A stretch of 55,419 bases of DNA. Origin: a virus (lineage: Duplodnaviria > Caudoviricetes). The position numbers were made by a program, and so were the translations under genes. The notes beneath the pieces were generated by a model. That model was not told the DNA's origin. It worked only from the letters and a program-made list of their open reading frames with translations, and did no database searches. The stretch spans positions 1-55,419 of IMG/VR virus record IMGVR_UViG_3300010397_000014; one strand, written 5' to 3'. Positions within the stretch are counted from its first letter, which is position 1. Every line of letters starts with the position of its first letter. Below, piece by piece: positions 9,010 through 17,155 of this stretch.

Positions 9010-9141
9010 ATGAGCGAAGCACAAGCCAAGATTTACTGCGACCTTGTAGCGCGCGGCGACTTCATGGCAGCAGATATTTTCCTGTCCGAATGCCGCAGGC
9101 GCTGGAACGTACTTCGGCGGCTGGCTGGGGAGAAGACATGA
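9010..9141 (+). CDS. 43-aa hypothetical protein
   Basis: AGGA RBS, ATG at 9010, ATGA coupling downstream. Confidence 0.5.
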   Translation: MSEAQAKIYCDLVARGDFMAADIFLSECRRRWNVLRRLAGEKT

Positions 9142-9585
9142 ACGACCATCCCGAAAAGTACAGCAACCGGCCGAACCGGATTGAGGCCATGCGCGCGTGG
9201 CGTGATGCCGCGATTGCCGATGGCTGGACCGCTGAGCCGACCTACGAATACGTAGCCTATCGAAAGCGCGGCGAGGCTGCGGCGCGACGGGCTGCTGGCG
9301 ATGGTGTTCACGCGCGACCGGGGGCCAGTGGAAACGCGCGACCCGCGAGAAAAGGGGTACGTCCGCTATGAGGCCGACGTGAGCGTGTGGGGGCCTGACG
9401 ATCTGGCAATCCACAAAGTACCGGACGTTTACAGCTGGGATGCGCTACAAGCCGGGCTGCGCACATGCGGGTACTGCGGTGCCGCCGACGTTGACACAAG
9501 CCGCGTCGGCTTCGCTGGCCGGTGCTGCGCGGCCTGCATGCCCAAGGTTCGTCCACGCGTCGAGTTCCCAGGGTGGGCCGAATGA
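9138..9585 (+). pseudogene. frameshifted hypothetical zinc-binding protein
   Basis: Deleting T9253 joins MNDHPEKY...PTYEY to EPIESAARLRRDGLLAMVFTR...CGYCG...CCAAC; both ends have ATGA coupling. Confidence 0.6.
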
Positions 9586-9782
9586 CCACCGACGCCTTTG
9601 CCGCCCTGGTCGGCCCCACTGCGAAAGCGATGGCCGAAGCATTCAAGCTGGCCACCGCCGGCCAGAAGGAAGGCACCTTCCCGTGCCCGCGCTGCCGCTC
9701 CGTCGTGCACTTCACGGCGCCGACACCGCATCAGTCCAGCGGCCGGTGCGCGGCCGCGGGCTGCATCCGCTGGCCACTCTGA
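9582..9782 (+). CDS. small zinc-ribbon protein
   Basis: CPRC...CAAAGC; ATGA overlap. Confidence 0.65.
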   Translation: MTTDAFAALVGPTAKAMAEAFKLATAGQKEGTFPCPRCRSVVHFTAPTPHQSSGRCAAAGCIRWPL

Positions 9783-9796
9783 AAAAAGAAGAAAAG

Positions 9797-10417
9797 ATGA
9801 CCGCTGAAGCCTATCCACTGCAATGGCCCGCCGGCCGCAAGCGCACGGAGCGCTGGCACCGCGAGGCTGCCAAGTTCGATGTAACGTTCTCCCGCGCGCG
9901 CGACAACATCGTCGCCGAGGTCGGGCGTTTGGCTGGACGTTATCCGGACCCGCAGATTGTGATCAGCACCAACATCGCCTTGCGCCGGGACGGCCTGCCG
10001 CTGGCTGGCCAGCGTGCCCCGGATGATCCCGGCGTGGCCGTGTACTTCCTCTACAAGAAGCGGCAGATGTCATTTGCCTGCGACAGATGGCACAAGATCG
10101 AGCACAACATGCAGGCGATCGCCAAGACGATCGAGGCGCTGCGCGGAATAGCCCGATGGGGCACCGGGGACATGCTCGAAGCTGCTTTCACCGGATTCAC
10201 CGCGCTGCCGCCACCGGGAGCGAACGGGCCAGCCCAGCAGCCTGCGACCAAGCGCACTTGGCGCGACGTGTTCGGAACTGGCGTGCGCACCCGCGCCGAG
10301 CTGAGCGACGTGTATCGCCGAATGGCCGGCGCCTTCCATCCCGACCGAGGCGGAGACCCGGCCAAGATGGCCGAGCTGAACACGGCGCGCGACGAGGCGC
10401 TCAAGGAGATCGGCTGA
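9797..10417 (+). CDS. phage J-domain protein
   Basis: AYPLQWP N-domain; C-terminal YRRMAGAFHPDRGGD with HPD motif. Confidence 0.85.
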   Translation: MTAEAYPLQWPAGRKRTERWHREAAKFDVTFSRARDNIVAEVGRLAGRYPDPQIVISTNIALRRDGLPLAGQRAPDDPGVAVYFLYKKRQMSFACDRWHKIEHNMQAIAKTIEALRGIARWGTGDMLEAAFTGFTALPPPGANGPAQQPATKRTWRDVFGTGVRTRAELSDVYRRMAGAFHPDRGGDPAKMAELNTARDEALKEIG

Positions 10418-10419
10418 CC

Positions 10420-10638
10420 ATGAACGGCGAAAGCCTCTTCCTCGACGATTCCGACTTGGTGCGACTCACTGACCGGAAGCGCAAAAGCAAGCAGATCGAA
10501 TGGCTGAGGCAGAATGGCATTCCCTTCCGGGTCAACGCGACCGGCCATCCTGTGGTCACCCGGGCCTCGATATTGGGCCACCAGAACCAGCAGGAAGCCC
10601 CGGCGCGCGGCTGGACACCGAGGGTGATCGGAGCATGA
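10420..10638 (+). CDS. excisionase-like protein (DUF4224)
   Basis: FLDDSDLVRLTDRKRKSKQIEWLRQNGIPF...GHPVV; directly upstream of int. Confidence 0.85.
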   Translation: MNGESLFLDDSDLVRLTDRKRKSKQIEWLRQNGIPFRVNATGHPVVTRASILGHQNQQEAPARGWTPRVIGA

Positions 10639-11768
10639 GAACGATGGGACGAAAGCCGAGCCGCTGGAGCAACCTGCCCAAGGGTATGCGCGCTCGGCCG
10701 CGTGGCAACATGGTGCACTACTACCTGGACACCGGGGCCAAGCCGCGCAAGGAGATCCCGCTGGGCAGCGACTACGTGCGGGCGGTCCAAAAGTGGGCAG
10801 AACTGACCAGTAGGCCAGCGCCGGCAGCGGCCGTCCTGACGTGGCCGGATGCCGTGAAGGCATACCGCAAGGATGTGCTGCCCGGCAAGGCGCCGCGCTC
10901 GCAGAGCGACAATGAAACCCAATTCGAGTGGCTGGCCAAGTTCTTCGGGGATCCGCCGGCGCCGCTGGACAGTATCGAGCCGGTGCACATCCGGCAGTAC
11001 ATGAAGTGGCGCGTGCAGCAGGCCCGCATCCTGGCCGAGGCCAAGAATGAGGAATGCAGGCGTGCTGACAGGCCGTTGCAGCCCATCGCGGACGACATCG
11101 GCCACGTGCGCGCCAACCGCGAGAAAGCTCTGTTCTCGCACGTGTGGAACTATGCCCGCGGCGAGGGCATGACCAGCAAGCCCAACCCCTGCGCCGGTAT
11201 CCACGGATACACCGAGGAAGGCCGCGACGCCGCGCCGGACGCCGAGCTGGTGCAACTGGTACTGGACAAAGCCGACAAGCCCCTGGAGTTCGCCATGCGC
11301 CTGGCCGACATCATCGGGCAGCGTCCTGCCGATGTGCTGCGCGTGAGCGAGAAACACATCAGGGGAGAAATTCCGGGAGGCATCCTGGAGGTGCAGCAGG
11401 GCAAGACGAAGGCCAAGCTGCGCATCGTGATCGAAGGGCTGCTGGCATCCCTGCTCCTGGAAATAAAGGCATGGAAGAAAACGCTTGAGCAGGAGCACAA
11501 GGTTTACTCGATGGCGCTGCTGGTCAACGAAAGCGGCAAGGCGCTGTCCAAACACATGCTGCGCGATCGCTTCGACGATGCCCGCGCTCGGGCCGGCGTC
11601 AAGAAGGATCTGTTCCAGTTCCGGGACTTCCGCGCGAAGGTGGCCACCGAGACAGACGAGGCCGAAGGAACGCGCGCCGCACAAGCAATCCTTGGGCATA
11701 CCACAGAGGGAATGACCGCCGATTACATCCGCCACAAGGTCGGGAAAAAGGTGAGGCCGATCAGGTGA
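10635..11768 (+). CDS. int: tyrosine integrase
   Basis: GQRPADV, FRDFRAK, LGH and DY catalytic motifs; adjacent to attP (alternative start at 10644). Confidence 0.95.
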   Translation: MRTMGRKPSRWSNLPKGMRARPRGNMVHYYLDTGAKPRKEIPLGSDYVRAVQKWAELTSRPAPAAAVLTWPDAVKAYRKDVLPGKAPRSQSDNETQFEWLAKFFGDPPAPLDSIEPVHIRQYMKWRVQQARILAEAKNEECRRADRPLQPIADDIGHVRANREKALFSHVWNYARGEGMTSKPNPCAGIHGYTEEGRDAAPDAELVQLVLDKADKPLEFAMRLADIIGQRPADVLRVSEKHIRGEIPGGILEVQQGKTKAKLRIVIEGLLASLLLEIKAWKKTLEQEHKVYSMALLVNESGKALSKHMLRDRFDDARARAGVKKDLFQFRDFRAKVATETDEAEGTRAAQAILGHTTEGMTADYIRHKVGKKVRPIR

Positions 11769-11771
11769 CCT

Positions 11772-12335
11772 ATGGGACGAGCACGAACTGAATCCAATGC
11801 GAACTTGCCGCCCGGCATGCTGGCCAGGAAGCGCGGCAGTGGCGTTTACTACTATCTAAGTCGCAGCGACGGCAATAGGCGCGTTGAAGTTCCACTTGGC
11901 AACGCGCTGGCGCAGGCGCTAACCGAATACCACTTGGTCACGCATCACACGAAGCGGCCGATCATAGACATCGTAGCGACCGCCGGAGAACTCTACCGTA
12001 GAGCCCGCAAAGGTGCGCGGCAGCGCGCTATCCAATTCGACCTGACTCTTGCCGATGTGGAGCGCCTACTCGTCCAATCTGACAAGCGATGCATGCTCAC
12101 CGGGATACCTTTCGACCTTGCGCGCACGGACGGAGTGCGCCGGAGGCTTTGGGCGCCGAGCATAGACAGGATCAAGTGCGATCTCGGCTATGCAGTTGGC
12201 AACGTGCGGGTGATCGCAGTCGCGGTGAACGTTGCAATGAGCGATTTCGGCGAGGAATTTCTGCTGCGAATCGCGCACGCGTTGGTGGTTCGGCAGCGCA
12301 CTTCAAGGCAGGGAATTGCGGAAGTCGCGGAATAG
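11772..12335 (+). CDS. HNH/His-Me-like endonuclease with an integrase-like N-terminal domain
   Basis: N-terminus aligns by eye to int residues 1-60; C-terminus CMLTGIPF...SIDRIKCDLGYAVGNV...VN. Confidence 0.75.
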   Translation: MGRARTESNANLPPGMLARKRGSGVYYYLSRSDGNRRVEVPLGNALAQALTEYHLVTHHTKRPIIDIVATAGELYRRARKGARQRAIQFDLTLADVERLLVQSDKRCMLTGIPFDLARTDGVRRRLWAPSIDRIKCDLGYAVGNVRVIAVAVNVAMSDFGEEFLLRIAHALVVRQRTSRQGIAEVAE

Positions 12336-12541
12336 CGGAAGTAATTAGTCAGTGTGCGCTATCGCTAAAAACAGCGCCAATTGGTAGGACGTACAAGATT
12401 CGAACTTGTGACCAACGGATTAAAAGGCCACCGGGAACCGAGCCGAAATCAAGCACTTAGGCCGCGATCTGTTCCGCAATTATTGCAAATTGCCCATCGG
12501 CAGAGCGAGCAGTGGCGCGGCCCTTTTGAGTTTTGCGGAAT
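12316..12541. promoter_or_regulatory. putative integrase arm-type sites (GCGGAA repeats)
   Basis: GCGGAA at 12318, 12327, 12335 and 12535; inverted TTCCGC at 12472; they flank the core. Confidence 0.6.
12382..12426 (-). other. attP core: 3' half of tRNA-Lys(UUU)
   Basis: Reverse complement CTTTTAATCCGTTGGTCACAAGTTCGAATCTTGTACGTCCTACCA: anticodon loop TTT, T-arm GTTCGAATC, CCA end; no 5' half. Confidence 0.9.
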
Positions 12542-12543
12542 AG

Positions 12544-12572
12544 AAAAAACGCCCCGACCGTGAGGCCGAGGC
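12544..12572 (-). terminator. intrinsic terminator ending the late transcript
   Basis: Minus strand CGCCTCGGCC-TCAC-GGTCGGGGCG-TTTTTT. Confidence 0.75.
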
Positions 12573-12611
12573 GCTGAAGGGCTTTCGCCCGAGGAGACAG
12601 CCATCGGCTGT

Positions 12612-12845
12612 TCAGGACCCGACCGGCTCTCCGTCGCCGTGCCAGGTGAATTGATTGACCGGCAGGCGCCGGCCGCACAGGAGGCAATAGCAGTCCGTCT
12701 TGCTGGCCGGGTCGAGCGCCATGCTCACCGCATCGGTCAGGCGCATCATCGAAACGAAACCGCAGAAGGTGTGCCGCACGCGAGTACGCATCGGACGCTT
12801 GAACCCCTGCTCCAGGTCATAGGCGGATAGCTCGGCAACCATCAT
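12612..12845 (-). CDS. hypothetical zinc-binding protein
   Basis: HTFCG...YCLLC; ATGA overlap. Confidence 0.65.
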   Translation of the reverse strand: MMVAELSAYDLEQGFKRPMRTRVRHTFCGFVSMMRLTDAVSMALDPASKTDCYCLLCGRRLPVNQFTWHGDGEPVGS

Positions 12846-13279
12846 GCTTTCCCCTGCAGCAAAGCGGCCATGACTTCGGGCGTCTGAGGGACGTTGACCA
12901 GATCCCAATGCTTCTGGCCCCCGACGCGCACGCCGAAATAGAAATCGTCAGCCAGGGCTTCGTCGTAGCCCATCGCAATGACCATCTCCCGGAGGATCCG
13001 GTCGCAGACGTCGCGCGGGTAACGCTGGCTCGTGTAGAGCCCGTCGTGGATGTACCCGGCCTCGTCCGCTTTGCCGCCTGCGAGTAAAAAGATCAGCGGC
13101 GCGCGCGGGATGCTGCAGCCGTCAGTCACGAACCCCGCGGGCGAGCCGACCCAATCGTTGACGACCAGCGAATAAAACCAGATCGGCGCCAGCAGCTTCT
13201 TCAGGATGACCGGGCGTTCCTGAATTTTCAGCACCGGAACGAAGGGCACCTCGAAGTGAGGGACGAGAATGGCGCTCAC
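12842..13279 (-). CDS. DUF1353 family protein
   Basis: PAGFVTDGCSIPR...IHDGLY...CDRILRE...GVRVGG. Confidence 0.85.
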   Translation of the reverse strand: MSAILVPHFEVPFVPVLKIQERPVILKKLLAPIWFYSLVVNDWVGSPAGFVTDGCSIPRAPLIFLLAGGKADEAGYIHDGLYTSQRYPRDVCDRILREMVIAMGYDEALADDFYFGVRVGGQKHWDLVNVPQTPEVMAALLQGKA

Positions 13280-13306
13280 GTCAATTTCCCGTTCGTGATA
13301 AAGGCC

Positions 13307-13543
13307 TCACGGCTCAATCCTCTTCACGTAGACGCGCGGCTCGCGCAACTCGGACTCGGACGTGTAGAACCGATGCACCTGTACGACCTCGAACTTCTGG
13401 TGCAGAACTTTCGAGAAGTCGTTGAGTTCCAGCAGGTCGCCGACACGCGGCACCTCGCTGCCGCGCAGCGTGCCCCAGAACTGGCGCTCGCGCACGGGCT
13501 TGTCGGCGTCGTACAGGTACAGGTCGAACCTGTCGTTCATCAC
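13307..13543 (-). CDS. hypothetical protein
   Basis: ATGA overlap with the upstream gene. Confidence 0.6.
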   Translation of the reverse strand: MMNDRFDLYLYDADKPVRERQFWGTLRGSEVPRVGDLLELNDFSKVLHQKFEVVQVHRFYTSESELREPRVYVKRIEP

Positions 13544-13782
13544 ATGCCGACGGGACGCTTGTCCAGTCCCTTTTCCGCCAGCACGACGGCCACATCATCG
13601 ATGTGCAGGCAGTCGCACATGCAGGCATAGTCCGAGGCGGGTTGAATCACCGCGATGCTGCCGTTGCAGTAATCGTTGCCCGGAACCGCGCTGTGCAGCA
13701 CGCCGTAAGCGACAACCTTGCCGCCTTCCAGTTTGACGATCTTGTCGCCGTTCCTGGCCTCGCGGCCGTTTCTGTAGTGCAT
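13540..13782 (-). CDS. hypothetical Cys/His protein (MHYRNGREARNGD)
   Basis: AAGGA RBS then ATG at 13782. Confidence 0.75.
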   Translation of the reverse strand: MHYRNGREARNGDKIVKLEGGKVVAYGVLHSAVPGNDYCNGSIAVIQPASDYACMCDCLHIDDVAVVLAEKGLDKRPVGM

Positions 13783-13828
13783 GATTTTCCTTTCGGTGGT
13801 TGAGAGAAATTGAGAGTTGGCGGCCGGC

Positions 13829-13894
13829 TTACAGCACGACGCCCCAAGCCGCCCAGACAGCGAGCCAATAGGCATCAGCGGCGAGCAGGCTCAT
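13829..13894 (-). CDS. 21-aa hydrophobic micropeptide MSLLAADAYWLAVWAAWGVVL
   Basis: ATG overlaps the stop of the upstream lysis gene (ATGA); almost entirely hydrophobic. Confidence 0.35.
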   Translation of the reverse strand: MSLLAADAYWLAVWAAWGVVL

Positions 13895-14490
13895 GGCTTC
13901 ACGTCCAGCGTTGCCGGCCCTGGAGGCAGCAGGACGGGCGCGAAGCTCGGAAGCAGACTCAGCGCCTTTCCCGCGATCGCCTGCCCCTGGAATGCCGTGC
14001 TGGCGCCCTCGGTCACTTCGAGCGTGAAGCCGCCGTCGATGAGACTCGCCTTGATGACGCGGGCGCTGTATTCCTTGCCGTCCGCGGCGGTGAACTTGTA
14101 GGCCGTCTTGCCGTCAATGACCACGGGCTCAAAGGCGTAGGACGAATGGCCCGCATCGCTCAGGGATGTGCACCCGGAAACCGCTCCCGCCAGCGCCACA
14201 ATCCCGGCGATCAGGACCAGCAACGGCCATTCAGCAAATCCGCCCTCCGCGGGCTTGACAGGCGAGGCTCCAGCAGCCGCGGCGGGCTGGGCTGGTACTG
14301 GTGTGGCGTCAGCAGGCTTCGGAGCGTCTGCGGGGCCGCTGGCGACGTGGAATATCCCGAGCGCCGTCAGCACGGCGAAACACGCCCCGACAATGGCCCC
14401 GGTGTCCAGATCAGGCCAGAAGTGTTTGCCGATGATCGCGGCAACCCAGATGATTGCGGCGAGAGTGCCGATGTATATTTTCGTGCCCAT
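13891..14490 (-). CDS. lysis-cassette membrane protein: 2 TM helices, Pro/Ala linker, internal lipoprotein signal (holin/spanin candidate)
   Basis: AAGGA RBS; directly after the endolysin; EGGF...LAGAVSGC. Confidence 0.75.
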   Translation of the reverse strand: MGTKIYIGTLAAIIWVAAIIGKHFWPDLDTGAIVGACFAVLTALGIFHVASGPADAPKPADATPVPAQPAAAAGASPVKPAEGGFAEWPLLVLIAGIVALAGAVSGCTSLSDAGHSSYAFEPVVIDGKTAYKFTAADGKEYSARVIKASLIDGGFTLEVTEGASTAFQGQAIAGKALSLLPSFAPVLLPPGPATLDVKP

Positions 14491-14503
14491 GATTTCCGTC
14501 CTT

Positions 14504-14986
14504 TCAGTTGTCTTGTGCGGCCCACCGCAGGTTTTTCGCATCGCGCCTGATCCAGCCGCGCCCGAACGTGTCGAACTTCCTGAGCATCGCGTAAAACTCC
14601 AGGCGCTCGGCATGGAACAGCAGCACCAGGTCTGCCGGGTTGACGCGTCCGATCGCGGCCAGCGTGACCGGCCCGATCTCGCCGTCATCGGCAACACCAG
14701 CAGCGCGCTGCATCCATCGCACGGCGTTTTCGATGCCGTGGTTTACTGCTGCGTCGAGGGCCTGGAATGCGAAGCAACGCGGCAGCTCGTCGCCGCTTAC
14801 TCGGTCCCAAAAGTCCGTGCGGTAGATCGCAATCGCGCCGTCGCGCGTCAGGGCCTTGATGTCCAGGTCCGGGTAGCTGCGCTTGGAAATGCCGAAGTTC
14901 GTTTCCCCACCGGGGTCGTCTTTGTTCCAGACATAGCCGCCCTCGTTGGCCAGCACGCGGCCGATCAGGTCGTCAAAGGTGCTCAC
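14504..14986 (-). CDS. endolysin, glycoside hydrolase family 108 with PG-binding_3 tail
   Basis: EGGYVWNKDDPGGETNFGIS; FDTFGRGWIRR. Confidence 0.92.
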   Translation of the reverse strand: MSTFDDLIGRVLANEGGYVWNKDDPGGETNFGISKRSYPDLDIKALTRDGAIAIYRTDFWDRVSGDELPRCFAFQALDAAVNHGIENAVRWMQRAAGVADDGEIGPVTLAAIGRVNPADLVLLFHAERLEFYAMLRKFDTFGRGWIRRDAKNLRWAAQDN

Positions 14987-15330
14987 TCCCGGCCATCCCT
15001 CGGCTTGTTGTACTGGGTTGGTCCCGTCGTCAGCATCTTGGCGTGGTCGGCCTCCACTTTCTCCATGCGAAACTTCATGATCGCCAGCTCTCCCGTGTTC
15101 GCGATGGTCTGGTTATTGCCGGTCTGCACCGCAATCTTCAGTTCGGCCATGCCCTGCAAAATCTGCTGCTGCTGCATCTGCATGGTGATCAGCCAGTAGG
15201 CAATGGCTCCGAGTCCGGCGAGCACGCCAACCAGCGGTATCTTGAAATCAATCGAGCGGGCAATCGCTACCGCGGCAAGCGGCATGCGCCCGCTGTCGCG
15301 TGGCTCGTCTTCGTTTCTCGGCGGTGTCAT
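14983..15330 (-). CDS. single-TM protein with coiled coil (holin/antiholin candidate)
   Basis: TM IPLVGVLAGLGAIAYWLI; coupled to the endolysin. Confidence 0.6.
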   Translation of the reverse strand: MTPPRNEDEPRDSGRMPLAAVAIARSIDFKIPLVGVLAGLGAIAYWLITMQMQQQQILQGMAELKIAVQTGNNQTIANTGELAIMKFRMEKVEADHAKMLTTGPTQYNKPRDGRE

Positions 15331-15453
15331 GTCTTCCGTCCTTCTGGCCGCTGTGCAGCCTCGTCGTCCTCGTGGGGGGTCATGCTCTATCCCTTTGGAA
15401 ATGGCTTGCACCAGTTGCCCGGCTTCTGGGCTGTTCCGGTCATAATTGACGCC

Positions 15454-15666
15454 ATGAGCGCGGAAGCAACTCTTGAAATCAAGGTCATCACGGCGCACGC
15501 CGACTTGATGCGCGAATTGCTGGCAGAGCATCCCGTGCGCTTCACCGACGACGGGCGCTGGGTCGAGCGGACTTTCACCGCCACAGGCTCGGCCAGCGCC
15601 ATTGCGGCCCTAGAAGTCGCAGTCGAGCGCTTTAGATTCAAGCGCTTACAGGAAGACGCTTGGTAG
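15454..15666 (+). CDS. small counter-oriented (moron-like) hypothetical protein
   Basis: -10-like CATAAT 7 nt before ATG, no RBS; fills the gap between tail and lysis genes. Confidence 0.5.
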   Translation: MSAEATLEIKVITAHADLMRELLAEHPVRFTDDGRWVERTFTATGSASAIAALEVAVERFRFKRLQEDAW

Positions 15667-15667
15667 G

Positions 15668-17155
15668 TCATAACAGCGGGCCAATGGCGGCAGCCCAATA
15701 CGGCGCGATGATGGCCGTACAGGCGACATTCGGGTGTATGCCGTCCGGGTAGTACCCTGCGCTGTATGTGCCCACCGTCGGATCAGAGGTGATGTCGATC
15801 AGATGCCAGCCAAGGCCCGCCGCGTTCGCCTGGAGCCAGGAAACATAGGTCGCACGCTCAGTGGCAGGTCCCGCCCCAAGCCCGGCCGGGGTCGTGACAG
15901 CCACCACAAAAACAGCCCCTGTGCCGGTAACGGCGTTACCCACGGTCTGGATGTCCGCAATGAGTTGCGCCCCGGTGCGGCTGCCTATGTTGATGTCGTT
16001 GATGCTGCGCTGTTCGACCACCACGCAATTCGCCCCACCGTACCGGGTCAGGAGCGCGCCGATAGTGCTGGCGTAATTGGTGACGGTGTTCTGTAGCTGG
16101 AATCCGCTTTGCGAGATGTTGTAGATTCGGCACTCGGGCATCGAGCGGCGCGCCTGCGGCACGATCCCGTAATAGTTCAAGGCCGCCGTGTAGCTGCCCG
16201 CGATGCTGTCCCCGTCGATGATCAGGCGCTTCCTGCTCGGTGCGGGCGTGATCCCGAACATGCTAGCCATCTTCTGCTTGAGGGCGGTCGCGGTTGCGGC
16301 GTCCTGTCGTGCGTTGTAGAACAGCGCACATCCGAAGAAGAAGTAGCCCTTGTAGAGCCCGCTGGTAGCCGTGCTGCCTAGCTGCCCGCCGGTGAAGGCG
16401 ACATTCGTAGAGCTTTCGACCGTAGCCAGAGTTTCGTCGTTCTGATAAAAGAATAAACCGCCCTGCGCCGTCGTGCCCATGTGGTACTCGTACACGCTGG
16501 GACGGCAGTCAGGAGAAACGGTCTGCGTGACGCTGCCGGGATTTGCGCGCACCCATCCCAGGTATGTCGTATTCGGGAGTTGCAAAGTCCCCTGACTGGC
16601 GACGGTGGCAGAAGTCCCCATCTGGAACAGCACGTTGTCAACGCCAAAACTCAGCGGCGTCTCAGCCACAGCGAAACCATGCGCATTGCGCGTGCTGGCG
16701 CTAATCGCTCCTGCCGGAAGCGTCATGAACTGATTGGCGAACGTCGGAACAAAACCACCATTGATCGCAACAGACAGATTCGCCACTGGCCGGCTTGCGC
16801 CGGTAGTTTGTGTGGCGTGATTTCCGCCTCCGGTCTGGTCGTAGATCAGGTCCACGGCGCCTGTCGTACCCGACAGAAACGAGGTCAATCCCGCCAGGTT
16901 CGCAGTTCCATCGGCTTGATACGCCACGTCATAGGTGGCCGAGTCGGACGCCCTCACCACGCGGAACAAGGCCCCCGTCCAGTCGCCAGTCAGCCGACGC
17001 GAGCCATAGGCCGACGCGGGCCGATTGCTGGCGTTAAACAGGTAATTGGTCCTGCGACTGCCCAACACAATCCTGCGCACTGCCGGAGACATAGCCCCAC
17101 ACTGCGCCGCAATCCCCCCTCCTGCCGCGCCGATCAACAGATCCCTGCGTCTCAC
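15668..17155 (-). CDS. Tat-signal protein: ConA/arabinofuranosidase-B-like domain plus SGNH/GDSL esterase
   Basis: MRRRDLLIGAAGGG; AYGSRRL...FRVVRASD; GDSI, ND and DGIHPN esterase motifs. Confidence 0.8.
   Translation of the reverse strand: MRRRDLLIGAAGGGIAAQCGAMSPAVRRIVLGSRRTNYLFNASNRPASAYGSRRLTGDWTGALFRVVRASDSATYDVAYQADGTANLAGLTSFLSGTTGAVDLIYDQTGGGNHATQTTGASRPVANLSVAINGGFVPTFANQFMTLPAGAISASTRNAHGFAVAETPLSFGVDNVLFQMGTSATVASQGTLQLPNTTYLGWVRANPGSVTQTVSPDCRPSVYEYHMGTTAQGGLFFYQNDETLATVESSTNVAFTGGQLGSTATSGLYKGYFFFGCALFYNARQDAATATALKQKMASMFGITPAPSRKRLIIDGDSIAGSYTAALNYYGIVPQARRSMPECRIYNISQSGFQLQNTVTNYASTIGALLTRYGGANCVVVEQRSINDINIGSRTGAQLIADIQTVGNAVTGTGAVFVVAVTTPAGLGAGPATERATYVSWLQANAAGLGWHLIDITSDPTVGTYSAGYYPDGIHPNVACTAIIAPYWAAAIGPLL

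Noticed and set aside
12382-12426. Functional tRNA-Lys gene
   Set aside because: Only the anticodon loop to CCA is present; the 5' acceptor strand and D-arm are missing, as expected for attP
14015-14035. GFTLE prepilin-like motif in the C-terminal domain of the lysis protein
   Set aside because: Not followed by a hydrophobic helix; likely a chance beta-strand
13540-15330. Canonical nested Rz/Rz1 spanin pair
   Set aside because: No separate or embedded ORF with an N-terminal lipobox was found
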